Origin: an uncultured Bacteroidota bacterium
GTDB taxonomy: Bacteria; Bacteroidota; Bacteroidia; Bacteroidales; GWA2-32-17
Assembly (NCBI GenBank): GCA_903872185.1
Contig: CAIQJL010000387.1
Location: 5,027 to 69,026 of the forward strand
Direction: 5' to 3'
DNA length: 64,000 bases
The translations under genes were made by a program, and so were the position numbers. This document shows, in pieces, positions 1 to 9,719 of this stretch. The notes beneath the pieces were generated by a model. The model was given only the letters and a program-made list of their open reading frames with translations, was not told where the DNA came from and did not search any database. The stretch's first letter is position 1. Each line of letters opens with the position of its first letter.

Positions 1-2071
1 CAGTAACATCATCTGTTCCGGTACATCCTGTAATATCAGTAACGGTTACCGTATATGTAATAGTTGAAACTGGATCTGAAATAGGATTTGAAATATTTGT
101 CGAGCTTAGACTTGTAGCAGGACTCCATAAATAAAATATACCTCCAGTTGCATTCAAATGTGCTACTGTGCCATAACATAAGGATATATCTGAACCGGCA
201 TCTGCCGGAGCTCTTGTTCTAACATTAACAACAAAATCATCTGTTCCACTACATCCATTAGAATATGTAACGGTAACATGATAAGTAGTTGTAACAGTTG
301 GATTGGCGAATGGATTTGCTATATTGGTTGCACTTAATCCGATAGAAGGACTCCACAAATATGAAGTTCCAGCAGTAACATTCAAAGCTGTTGTGCTTCC
401 AATACAAATATCAGAAACTCCTGTTATAACAACCGGCAATGACAATACAGAAATAGTAATATATACAGTATCAATACTGCAAGAACTAGAAACAATTGCT
501 CTATAAGTTGTAGTCTCAGTAGGTGATGCAATTGGGTTTTGACAAGTAGTACAACTTAATCCAGCTGCTGGACTCCACAAGAAACTACTTCCTCCTGATA
601 AATGAAGTGAAGTAGATGAACCAGCACAGATGGAAGTATCGGTAGCAGTAACTGCTACCATAGAATTATTAATACTTGCTACAAAAATATCTTTATTTCC
701 TTGCCCATTTAAAACAACATTACCAAAATGAGCATTATTCGGATAATAACCACAAACATATATAAAGCAGGAATCATAACAAGCTAAACCATTCCCACGG
801 TCATCACCAATACCACCACCTTGCAAAGCCCACTTCCATGTTCCTGAAGTATCAATAGAAGCAACAAAAACTTGAAGCAAATCAGTGTTATTTAAAGTGA
901 TATTTCCACCAAAATATGCCGTATCACTAAACTGTCCGGTAACAAAAAGATCACCTTTTGTATTCGAAACAATTCTATTTCCTCTATCACCACCGCTTGA
1001 AGATCCAGCCCTTTTTGCCCAAACCCACGAACCATTTGTTTTCATTTTGGCTACGAAAATATCTCGACCATTTGGACCACCATGATTATTAATTGTATCG
1101 CTACCAAAAGGAACATTGTCACGAAATTCTCCTGTAACATATAAATCATTATACTGGTCTACTGTAATATCGTTGGCTCTATCATCTAATGTGCTACCAG
1201 TTGTTTTTACCCATAATTGATTTCCATTATTATCATATTTAACAACAAAAATATCAACACCACCATGACTAGTAACAACAGTAGAACCAAAAGATTTAGT
1301 TCCCCAAAATCCACCTGCAACATAAACATTGGACAAAGAATCAACAGCAATACGGTTGTCACGCTCACCATCAATTGCATCAAAAGTTTTAACCCACTGG
1401 AAAACTCCTGCAGGAGATAATTTAGCTACAAAAGAAGTAGAATCCTGACCAGGTGACATTGGAACAACTATACTTCCAAAAATACCTGGGTCACCCTGAT
1501 TCCCATAATGGTCGCCTAAAAAACCAGTAATGTAAATATCACCAAATTTGTCTGTTGTTAAATCCCATGCATTATCATCACCACTACTGCCACAATGTAT
1601 CAACCACAGACAATTTCCATTTAAATCAAACTTACCAACAAATATTTGATCTGCAGACCCACCGCTAACGCTGCATGTACCAAAACTATTTACATTAAGC
1701 CAAGTACAACCTGTAGCATAAACATATCCATTAATTTTATCAACACAAATACCAATAACTCTTTCGTCCCAACCACCAATTGCAGCATTTACCCATGTCC
1801 AAATTCCTGTTGGACTTATTTTAGCTAGAAATCCCTCTTTTCCCCAAGTTCCAGGTGGTGTAATACTACCAAAATTTACTGTTAAAAAGGCTGGTTGTCC
1901 TACATTATAGTAACCACCTACATATAAATTACCAGCAGCATCAATATCTAAATCGTTACCTTTATCAGACTGAGAGCTCCCAGCAGTAGCAGCCCATTGC
2001 CAATTCTGAGAAAATGTCTTCTGAGATAAAATACACAATAAGAAAAATATGATAATTAATAATTTCTTCAC
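1..2071 (-). CDS. Secreted SBBP-type beta-propeller repeat protein with Ig-like C-proximal modules; 3' end runs off the window
   Basis: Absent from the ORF track because it has no stop inside the window. The minus-strand frame opens at GTG 2071-2069 (VKKLLIIIFFLLCILSQKTFSQ, a signal peptide), and I read it open down to base 1. It has at least seven repeats such as GSTLDDRANDITVDQYNDLYVTGEF and AIDGERDNRIAVDSLSNVYVAGGF, which fit the SBBP beta-propeller repeat pattern. These are followed by Ig-like modules (ICAGSSTSLHLSGGSSFLWSPAAGLS, ICIGSTTALNVTAGTSYLWSPSIGLS). The start lies 20 nt downstream of the stop of 2092-5796. Confidence 0.75.
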   Translation of the reverse strand, partial: MKKLLIIIFFLLCILSQKTFSQNWQWAATAGSSQSDKGNDLDIDAAGNLYVGGYYNVGQPAFLTVNFGSITPPGTWGKEGFLAKISPTGIWTWVNAAIGGWDERVIGICVDKINGYVYATGCTWLNVNSFGTCSVSGGSADQIFVGKFDLNGNCLWLIHCGSSGDDNAWDLTTDKFGDIYITGFLGDHYGNQGDPGIFGSIVVPMSPGQDSTSFVAKLSPAGVFQWVKTFDAIDGERDNRIAVDSLSNVYVAGGFWGTKSFGSTVVTSHGGVDIFVVKYDNNGNQLWVKTTGSTLDDRANDITVDQYNDLYVTGEFRDNVPFGSDTINNHGGPNGRDIFVAKMKTNGSWVWAKRAGSSSGGDRGNRIVSNTKGDLFVTGQFSDTAYFGGNITLNNTDLLQVFVASIDTSGTWKWALQGGGIGDDRGNGLACYDSCFIYVCGYYPNNAHFGNVVLNGQGNKDIFVASINNSMVAVTATDTSICAGSSTSLHLSGGSSFLWSPAAGLSCTTCQNPIASPTETTTYRAIVSSSCSIDTVYITISVLSLPVVITGVSDICIGSTTALNVTAGTSYLWSPSIGLSATNIANPFANPTVTTTYHVTVTYSNGCSGTDDFVVNVRTRAPADAGSDISLCYGTVAHLNATGGIFYLWSPATSLSSTNISNPISDPVSTITYTVTVTDITGCTGTDDVT

Positions 2072-2091
2072 ACTTAATAATTAAACTTACA

Positions 2092-3115
2092 TTATTTGAT
2101 AACATTTACAACACCTGACCGATCATGTTCAATACCATCCCCATCTAAATACTTAACAAACCACGTATAACTTCCAATTGAAACAGTACTACCATCTTTA
2201 AAACTTCCATTCCAACCATATTTAGCTGGTTGATCTTTATCATATTTATCTGTTTCAAATATAACTCCTCCCCACCTGTCTAATATATATAAATGGAAAT
2301 TTTTAGAACTTATTTCATTTCCTATAACATAAAACACATCATTGTTTTTATCACCATCAGGAGTAATTGCATTAGGAGTATAAAAAGTATATTCATCCCT
2401 AATAACAATTAAACTATTTACTGTATCCTTGCACCCTTTATCAGAAACGGCAATTAATTTAACATTATATTCTCCTAACATTTGATACCAGTGCATCGGA
2501 TTAGTATTACTTGTAGAATCACCATCACCAAACGACCACATATATGTATGAGCATATTCAGAATGATTTGCAAAAATTATCTGAGGTTTAACAATGCTTA
2601 CAATATTTGGGTTAGCTTCAAATCTTGCTTCCGGAGCATTAAAAACATTAATCATATCAAAAAATATTTTTGTACTATCGCAACCATAAGCAGAAGTAAC
2701 TGTTAATGTAACATCAAATATTCCATCATGCGAAAATTCATGAGTTGGATTTGTGTTAAATGAAACAGAATTATAATTTAAATCACCAAAATTCCAACTA
2801 TATGTTTGATTATCCAATGCTGATGCAGGATTAAACGAAACAGTTAATGGTTCGCAACCTTCATTAATATTACTTACAAAAGCAGGATTAGGATTTGGGT
2901 TAACAGTAATCAAAACTGAATCGTGAGCAATAGAACCGCATCCATCCTGAACATATAAATACTGAAAACCAGATGAAATAGGATTAATATAAATTGGCGG
3001 TGTAACAATTGTTCCACTAGAATTATAAACCATATAAGGTGGCCCTCCTCCATTACTCATACTAATACTTAACTGTACAATTTCATTTGGACAAATGTTA
3101 TATTTATTTGCTATA
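2092..3115 (-). repeat. Copy 1 (most diverged) of the shared 3' cassette encoding GGGPPY module + 2 PKD-like modules + type-B CTD
   Basis: It aligns by eye with 5838-6870 and 9720-10745 at protein level, with patchy identity at DNA level (for example ccacgtataacttcc and atatataaatgga/atatataaatgaa). Confidence 0.7.
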
Positions 3116-5796
3116 ACAGTTAAATCAACACCAGAACTAACCGTTAAATGAACAGAATCAACTATACCAGGACAACCGTTACTACCGGTAACTGTAACAA
3201 TATATGTAATATCAGACAAAGGAGTAACAGTAAAACCAGAAGTATTATTTCCATTACTCCATTGAAAATAGTATGGAGGTGTATCGCCGGTTGGATAAGC
3301 AGTAATATTAGCTGTAGCACCAGCACAAAGTTGCAAATCAGGAGAAGTGGTTAAAGCAATTTGTGAAGGCTGTGTAATAACAAAAGATGCAACAGCAACA
3401 CCTGCAGAATCATCAGTTACAGTAACAGAATAATTACCAGGAACTAAAAAATAAATATCCTGAGTAGTTTCTCCGTTTGACCATATATAATGATATAATC
3501 CGGACGCAGTATTGCCACCAGAAACAGTCAAATCTATTGAACCAACATTATCTCCATAACAAGGTGAATTTGTAGGAACTCCTGTAACAACTATTGGTGG
3601 AATTGTTGTTTTAAAATGCGCAATTACAGTCTGACTTCCTGTAAAAATTGTATTCACTGAATCAGCTGTTGTAATTGGAGTAACAGGATCAACTAACTCC
3701 CAATAATCAAAAGTATAATTAGGAGCAGTTGCTGTTGCCTGTAATATTGTTTCAATATTACCATAATAAACGGCAGTCCATGGGTATGTTGGAACTAATA
3801 TTGAATTTACATTAATAATTCCTGTATTAGGAGGGTCAACCTGAAAATTAATATTATATGGACCAGTTAAATTATAACAATCTACCATTCCTTGCGACAA
3901 AGCAGCACACCTAGCATCAATAAAAGCTTTAAGTGTCTGAACATTTGCTTGCCATTGAGCTAAGTTGCCTCCCCATCTGGCAATCTGTCTTGGCATTTCA
4001 GGAGTAGAAAGTGCAATTAAACTATCCAGAACAAATTGCATATTTGCACAAGAAAAAACAGTATTTGATAAATCGGCATATCTCGAAACATAATATTGTC
4101 TGAAAGTAGGATTATTTAATAGTGCATTAAGTATAGGCACATGCCCTTGCCCTCCCTCATCTCCTAATTGTTCCGGATTGCATGGGTCTGCTTGAGCACT
4201 TTGATCAGGAATACCAGTATAATTTATATAATGACCAAAAGTTGCATCTTCATCCCATAAACAATAACGCCATTTCTTTTTATTTGCATTTGGATTAATA
4301 CCTCTCCACCATTCGGTATTCCAGTTTAACCAGTCGGAACAAACTACATAAGAATTAAGAATAAAATAATCAACTAAACTTTTTGTATTATATAAATTAT
4401 CGACATAATTATAGTTTGCAGCAACTGCCATATTGTTAGAAAGTATATAATTCATGAGACTATTCCAATCTGTTTGAGCTTGGGCTCCTCCATACTCGCT
4501 CCAGGTAGCACCCCATGTTTTAAGCATCTGTACTCCTTTTTCGTCGGAGTTATAATAATAATCGGTAAAATCAGCATCATCAACTTTTTCTCGCATATCA
4601 TATAATCCCCAATACTGACCATTAACATATAACACACAAGGTTCATAAGTTCTTTCATCTAAATACAAATCTCCTCTCTGCGATAGTGTACTTACATAAG
4701 GATCGCGAATATGTGCACCATTTTCGAAAGGATAATTATCATTTGCCAGTGCTTTAATTATTATTCGCTGATATTCAGTTCTGTTTTTATAATTAAAAAG
4801 TGGCCATCTTAATGCATAATCATACCCATATTGGTCTTTTGTTACAAAATCAATTCCTCTCTGGTTGTATGCCCACGAATCATTCCCATGTTTATTAACT
4901 ACCCCTGTAGCCTCAACTCTAAATTGATTTGTTTTATCGAAATATTCAATTGCTGCATCTGGCTCTATACTTGTACCACCAAGCAAAGTACCAACATTAT
5001 CACCATATACTGAAAGAGTGGCAATACTATGGCTAGCATTAATAAAATAAGTATTACTTTGAATAAAACTTGGAGGAACAGAAGGATTTGCACTAAATGC
5101 TTTTGCCCTAAGAACAGTGGTAGTAGCAATATTTAATGCACCACTATAAACTGTTGAAGCAGATGTTGGTTCAGTTCCGTCAAGAGAATATCTTATTGTT
5201 GCCCCAACAGTGGCACATGAAATCGTTAAAGAAACAGGAGCAGCGCTAAATCCTGCTTGCTGACTATAAACAGGAGTTGCCACATATTCCTGAAAAGCTC
5301 CAGAATTAGTTGTTCCAAAAGTTGGAGTTAAAAAAAGCGACCATGTTGCAGAACCATCAGTTTGCCTACCTCTTGAATGATTTTTCTGTGTAGGTAAAAG
5401 AACTATATTTTCTAAAATAGTTGCTGTGGGATTTGAAAAAACAATACTTTCTGGTTTAGTCTGTGTTAATTTAAAGTTTGTATGAATATTTGTTCCAACA
5501 ACGATATCATTTCCAGAACAAAATATTGTTAAACGTCCATTTGCAGCTATTGAAATTCCAGCAGGAAATTGCCATTTAGTTGGATTTGTAGCTTTATCAC
5601 TTAAATAATATCCAGCAAGATTAACTGCAACACCACTAGTATTATACAATTCAATCCAGTCTTCAAAATTACCATAATTATCTGCAGCAGTAGATATATT
5701 AGAACAAGAATATTCGTTTATAACAACTTGCGACTTGCAATGAATTGCTATTACTAGAAATATTAAAAATAATATTTTTTTCTTTTTAATTAACAT
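2092..5796 (-). CDS. Giant secreted protein: lamin-tail domain + chitobiase-C-like + CotH kinase-family domain + SprB repeat + Ig/PKD modules + type-B T9SS (gliding-associated) C-terminal domain
   Basis: ORF track, 1234 aa. Signal peptide: MLIKKKKILFLIFLVIAIHCKSQ. LTD motif: VVINEY...FEDWIELYNTSGVAVNLAGYYLSD. Chitobiase-C-like: GATIRYSLDGTEPTSASTVYSGALNI. CotH core: CVLYVNGQYWGLYDMREKVDDADF and WRYCLWDEDATFGHY. One SprB-type repeat: CYGDNVGSIDLTVSGGN..YHYIWSNGETT..GNYSVTVTDD. PKD-like: YSWNFGD and YMWSFGDGD. The end, TPDGDKNNDVFYVIGN..FHLYILDRWGGVIFETDKY..YGWNG..GSYTWFVKY..SGVVNVIK, fits the type-B CTD pattern. Confidence 0.9.
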   Translation of the reverse strand: MLIKKKKILFLIFLVIAIHCKSQVVINEYSCSNISTAADNYGNFEDWIELYNTSGVAVNLAGYYLSDKATNPTKWQFPAGISIAANGRLTIFCSGNDIVVGTNIHTNFKLTQTKPESIVFSNPTATILENIVLLPTQKNHSRGRQTDGSATWSLFLTPTFGTTNSGAFQEYVATPVYSQQAGFSAAPVSLTISCATVGATIRYSLDGTEPTSASTVYSGALNIATTTVLRAKAFSANPSVPPSFIQSNTYFINASHSIATLSVYGDNVGTLLGGTSIEPDAAIEYFDKTNQFRVEATGVVNKHGNDSWAYNQRGIDFVTKDQYGYDYALRWPLFNYKNRTEYQRIIIKALANDNYPFENGAHIRDPYVSTLSQRGDLYLDERTYEPCVLYVNGQYWGLYDMREKVDDADFTDYYYNSDEKGVQMLKTWGATWSEYGGAQAQTDWNSLMNYILSNNMAVAANYNYVDNLYNTKSLVDYFILNSYVVCSDWLNWNTEWWRGINPNANKKKWRYCLWDEDATFGHYINYTGIPDQSAQADPCNPEQLGDEGGQGHVPILNALLNNPTFRQYYVSRYADLSNTVFSCANMQFVLDSLIALSTPEMPRQIARWGGNLAQWQANVQTLKAFIDARCAALSQGMVDCYNLTGPYNINFQVDPPNTGIINVNSILVPTYPWTAVYYGNIETILQATATAPNYTFDYWELVDPVTPITTADSVNTIFTGSQTVIAHFKTTIPPIVVTGVPTNSPCYGDNVGSIDLTVSGGNTASGLYHYIWSNGETTQDIYFLVPGNYSVTVTDDSAGVAVASFVITQPSQIALTTSPDLQLCAGATANITAYPTGDTPPYYFQWSNGNNTSGFTVTPLSDITYIVTVTGSNGCPGIVDSVHLTVSSGVDLTVIANKYNICPNEIVQLSISMSNGGGPPYMVYNSSGTIVTPPIYINPISSGFQYLYVQDGCGSIAHDSVLITVNPNPNPAFVSNINEGCEPLTVSFNPASALDNQTYSWNFGDLNYNSVSFNTNPTHEFSHDGIFDVTLTVTSAYGCDSTKIFFDMINVFNAPEARFEANPNIVSIVKPQIIFANHSEYAHTYMWSFGDGDSTSNTNPMHWYQMLGEYNVKLIAVSDKGCKDTVNSLIVIRDEYTFYTPNAITPDGDKNNDVFYVIGNEISSKNFHLYILDRWGGVIFETDKYDKDQPAKYGWNGSFKDGSTVSIGSYTWFVKYLDGDGIEHDRSGVVNVIK

Positions 5797-5837
5797 TTAA
5801 CATATGATTTACCATCGATTAAAAACTTAAAACTAAA

Positions 5838-6870
5838 TCATCTAACTACATTTATTACACCACTTTTATCATGTTTTATGTTATCATTATCATAAAACTT
5901 AACCAACCACGTATAACTTCCTACAGGAACAATAGCTCCATTATGTGCTCTTCCATCCCAACCATATTTAGTAGGTTGTTCTGAAGAGTACTTATCAGTT
6001 TCATAAATTATATTACCCCATCTATCATAAATATATAAATGAAAATCTTTTGTACTAATTCCATTTCCAAGCACGTAAAAAACATCATTTATATCATCAA
6101 AATCAGGAGATATTGCAGATGGTGCATAAAAAGTATATTCATCACGAATTACAATAACGCTGTTCACTGTATCCTTACATCCTTTATCAGTAATAGCAAC
6201 TAAAGAAACAACATAACTACCTAATGACGGATACCAATGCATAGGGTTTTTTATACCTGAAGAATCGCCATCACCAAATGACCAGACATAAGTACTTGCA
6301 TATTCAGATTGATTTGTAAAGAAAACCTGAGGTTTAACGATGCTTGCAATAGTTGGAATTGAAATAAATCTTGCTTCAGGTGCAGGCCAAACATTTATCA
6401 TTTGCGGATGTAAAAAAGTACTGCTACAACCCTGAGAAGATGTTACTGTTAGCATAACATTAAAAATACCATCCTGAGTAAATTGATGAATGGGATTTGT
6501 AGAATAAGAAATTGCATTATAACTAGCATCGCCAAAGTTCCAAAAATAACTATATCCACTTTGAATAGGATTAGGATTAAAGGTAACCAATAAAGGTTCG
6601 CATCCCTCTACTTTATCGCTAACAAATGTCACAATAGGGATTGGATTTACTATTATAAATACCGAATCATGCACTAATACATTACAAGCATCTTTTACAT
6701 AGAGAAAAATATATCCTGAATTCTGAGGGGTTGCATATAATGGCGGCACAAGTACGTTACCTTGTTGATCATAAATCATGTACGGAGGTCCGCCACCATT
6801 TTTAAATGTAACATTTAACAGAACGATATCACCTGGGCAAATTGAAGATTGTGACGAAATAACATCAATT
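5838..6870 (-). repeat. Copy 2 of the shared 3' cassette
   Basis: It shares long identical DNA runs with copy 3, for example gtcagtttcataaattata, aaatatataaatgaaaatcttt and agtatattcatcacgaatta. By eye, roughly four-fifths of positions are identical over the first few hundred nt. Confidence 0.8.
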
Positions 6871-9653
6871 TCTAAAGGCTTATAAATATCTACAAAAATA
6901 GAAACTAAGTTACTTGTACAACCTTTTGAATCAGTAACAGAAACAGAGTAATCTGATGGTAATACAGGACTCACATCAATAGCAGAACCAGCATTTACAG
7001 TGCCATTCCAATACCATGTATATGCGGGAGTGCCACCAATAATTGTTGGATTTAATATAACATGTTCTCCTTTGCAAATAATATAAGAAGTTACAGAAGA
7101 TAAAACCAAAGGTTGTGGTTGTATAATTGTAAACGCATTTATAGCGGTACAATTATTTGCATCTGTAACAGTTAAAACATAATTTCCAGCACTTAAACCA
7201 ATAAAAAAACTTTCAGAACTAATTTGTGAACCAATAGAATATGTATATGGAGCTACACCACCAACAATATCAAAATCAACACTTCCATCTTGCTTACCAA
7301 AACACGAAACATTTTCTTTAATAATATTTGTTACTGCAAATATACCAGGCTGAGTAATATTAACAGAAGTAACAGAAGTACATTGAGCGGCATCTGAAAC
7401 AGTTACCAAATAATTCCCTGCACATAATGTATTATTAGTTTGACTTAAAACAGTGCCTGTATTCCAACCATAAGAATATGGCTGAAGACCGCCAATTACA
7501 TTAAGAGTTGCAGATCCGTTACAACTCCCATAACAATTAACGGGAAATACATTACTAACAGTAACATTTAACACAATTGGATCTATTAACATTACAGAAG
7601 GTGACACTGTACAACCATTATTATCGGTAACGGTAACAACAAAATTTCCAGAACATAAACCACTAGCAACATTAGAGATCGAACCAGAGGACCATAAATA
7701 AGTATAAGGAGAAGTTCCATTAATTGACGCTACGTTTGCACTACCATTACAAGAACCAAAGCATAATGGATTAACTATATTTGTTATTGTAGCAGATAAC
7801 TGCAATGGCTGTGTTATTAAAATAGAATGAGTTAATGTACAAGAATTGGCATCAGTTACTGTTACTATATAGGATCCAGCACATAAATTACTTACAAAAC
7901 TTAATGAAGAAGCGTCTGGCCACAAATAAACATAGCCAGGAGTTCCTCCACTGGCATTAACAGAGTAACTTCCATTACACAGACCAAAACAAGTTACATT
8001 GGTTAATGATTGAGTTGTTAAATTAATCTGTGTAGGTTGTGTAATTACAACACTCCCACTTGCCGAACAACCATTAGCATCAGTAATTGTTACATTATAA
8101 TTTCCAGCAATCAAACTACTCGCAACATTAGTAACACTTACACCTCCACTCCAGCTATATACAAAAGGCATAACACCACTTGTAACTGTAATAGTAGCAC
8201 TACCAGTATTAGCACCATAACATAAAACATCAACTTTGGAACTAACAAAAGTTAAAGGGCTTGTTGAGCTAATTGTGGTATTTGATACAGAAGAGCATCC
8301 ATTAGCATCAGTAACAGTAACAGAATAATTACCTGCAGATAACCCATTAACTGTTTGAGTATTTTGTACAGGAGTGGTATTCCATAAATAATTAAATGGT
8401 AAAAGACCATCCGAAAAATTTACAGTAGCAGAGCCTACCCCATTTTCACAATAATCAGGTATAATATTTGAAAAACTACCAGCAGAAATACCACCAATAT
8501 TGTTTATCAAAACAGTATTTACAACATTACAATTTCCAGAAGTAACTGTTACCGAATAAGTGCCAGCAGATAGACCCGTACAAGTAGCGGTTAATTGACT
8601 AGGCAGTGTATTCCACACATACGAATATGATCCAGAACCACCACTTGGGATAACAGTTGCAGTTCCATTACTCTGTCCACAATTTGTATTAACAACGGAC
8701 ACAGTTGCACTAACTGCATTAATATTAAAATTCAAACTACCCGCAGGAGCTACATTTCCACACAAATCAGTAACAGAGCCAGATGTTGTTACTAAATTAA
8801 GTGAATACGAACCTGATGTTATAATTGCTGGTGACACATTTATTGTAAAAGTATTTTCCTGAATACCACCTACACTACAAGCAGCACCATTTATTGAAGT
8901 TATTGAATATGGACCACCTGGCCCAGTTAAAGTAAAATCAGAAATTTGAGCTGTGTTACATAAAATATTTTCAGAAAAATTAAATGTTAAAGATGTAGCT
9001 CCGCATGCAATTGGAGTATTCACAGATAAAATATGAGGTGGTATATTATCAAAAATAACTGCAGTGGATCCATTAAAATTAATATTATATCCATTTTGAG
9101 AACTTGACCAATTATCAATCATAATTACATAAGTGCCACCGGCAACAACAGGAATACTAGCATTCCAAGGCGGACCATTTAAATCACCAGGACCATTTGA
9201 ATTTGTAGTTCCACCTTGAGTATTACTAGCACCCGTAGAACCATTATACCCGCCAAAACTTGCACCATAAGAGTTACAACTTATCTCGAGGCTTAAATTA
9301 TTATAGATATCTGCACAATTTGCAGAAGTTAAATTATAAACTGCCCAATCATAATCATCATAAACATCATTTGGATTAATTTCAAAATTAAAATTTCCAG
9401 CTGTTTGAGATGTAAAAGTATACCAAACACTATTATTTTCGCCTCCTCCAGATGATAAGCATGAACTAGAAAAAATATTTATTTCATTAGGATAATTTCC
9501 AGGACCAACGTAAGAATTTGATGTGGAATACGAATTTTGACAAATAGGTATTGCACCTAAACAATCTTGCGCAGTGGGTACCTGAGAGTTTACAATTAAC
9601 GTTTTAAAAAAAAACATTAAAATAATATATATACATATCTTCATGCGAAACAT
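5838..9653 (-). CDS. Giant secreted adhesin-like protein: Cys-rich N-terminal head + 7 SprB-type repeats + Ig/PKD modules + type-B T9SS C-terminal domain
   Basis: ORF track, 1271 aa (alternative start M4 at 9644). Signal peptide ends at ..LIVNSQ. Head: DCLGAIPICQ...NSVWYTFTSQTAGNFNFEINP..DDYDWAVYNLTSANC. There are seven repeats of C(Y/F)G..(N/D)GSA.V...GG..PY.Y.W......L.AGNY.VTVTDANGC. The C-terminal 420 aa are collinear with the two neighbouring giants and end SPDFDDINDVFYVLGNGIS..FHLYIYDRWGNIIYETDKY..KYGWDG..GSYTWLVKF..SGVINVVR. Confidence 0.9.
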   Translation of the reverse strand: MFRMKICIYIILMFFFKTLIVNSQVPTAQDCLGAIPICQNSYSTSNSYVGPGNYPNEINIFSSSCLSSGGGENNSVWYTFTSQTAGNFNFEINPNDVYDDYDWAVYNLTSANCADIYNNLSLEISCNSYGASFGGYNGSTGASNTQGGTTNSNGPGDLNGPPWNASIPVVAGGTYVIMIDNWSSSQNGYNINFNGSTAVIFDNIPPHILSVNTPIACGATSLTFNFSENILCNTAQISDFTLTGPGGPYSITSINGAACSVGGIQENTFTINVSPAIITSGSYSLNLVTTSGSVTDLCGNVAPAGSLNFNINAVSATVSVVNTNCGQSNGTATVIPSGGSGSYSYVWNTLPSQLTATCTGLSAGTYSVTVTSGNCNVVNTVLINNIGGISAGSFSNIIPDYCENGVGSATVNFSDGLLPFNYLWNTTPVQNTQTVNGLSAGNYSVTVTDANGCSSVSNTTISSTSPLTFVSSKVDVLCYGANTGSATITVTSGVMPFVYSWSGGVSVTNVASSLIAGNYNVTITDANGCSASGSVVITQPTQINLTTQSLTNVTCFGLCNGSYSVNASGGTPGYVYLWPDASSLSFVSNLCAGSYIVTVTDANSCTLTHSILITQPLQLSATITNIVNPLCFGSCNGSANVASINGTSPYTYLWSSGSISNVASGLCSGNFVVTVTDNNGCTVSPSVMLIDPIVLNVTVSNVFPVNCYGSCNGSATLNVIGGLQPYSYGWNTGTVLSQTNNTLCAGNYLVTVSDAAQCTSVTSVNITQPGIFAVTNIIKENVSCFGKQDGSVDFDIVGGVAPYTYSIGSQISSESFFIGLSAGNYVLTVTDANNCTAINAFTIIQPQPLVLSSVTSYIICKGEHVILNPTIIGGTPAYTWYWNGTVNAGSAIDVSPVLPSDYSVSVTDSKGCTSNLVSIFVDIYKPLEIDVISSQSSICPGDIVLLNVTFKNGGGPPYMIYDQQGNVLVPPLYATPQNSGYIFLYVKDACNVLVHDSVFIIVNPIPIVTFVSDKVEGCEPLLVTFNPNPIQSGYSYFWNFGDASYNAISYSTNPIHQFTQDGIFNVMLTVTSSQGCSSTFLHPQMINVWPAPEARFISIPTIASIVKPQVFFTNQSEYASTYVWSFGDGDSSGIKNPMHWYPSLGSYVVSLVAITDKGCKDTVNSVIVIRDEYTFYAPSAISPDFDDINDVFYVLGNGISTKDFHLYIYDRWGNIIYETDKYSSEQPTKYGWDGRAHNGAIVPVGSYTWLVKFYDNDNIKHDKSGVINVVR
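7110..8715 (-). repeat. Intragenic tandem array of 7 SprB-type repeats (about 75 aa / 225 nt each)
   Basis: The repeats are delimited by NAVSATVSVVNTNCGQ (about 8715) and FTIIQPQPL (about 7111). Each unit has two conserved Cys and the motif GG..PY.Y.W. Confidence 0.8.
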
Positions 9654-9719
9654 TAAAAATACATTTTATTCTCATTAAAAATAACTAGTTTTTAATGAAC
9701 CATTTTTTATTTTCTTATT

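Noticed and set aside
9606-9614. Homopolymer tracts as phase-variation switches: T9 in the signal-peptide codons (MFFFK) of 5838-9653, A9 at 14435-14443 in the divergent promoter region, and 7-nt runs near the starts of the other giants.
   Set aside because: Runs of 7-9 A/T are frequent throughout this AT-rich window, including in housekeeping genes (for example T8 in the yceI signal peptide). There is no evidence of length heterogeneity from a single sequence.
9673-9697. Perfect 9-bp inverted repeat cattaaaaa-taactag-tttttaatg between two giant genes.
   Set aside because: The stem is all A/T and has very low predicted stability. No proper T-run follows on the transcribed (minus) strand, so it is probably not a terminator or attenuator.
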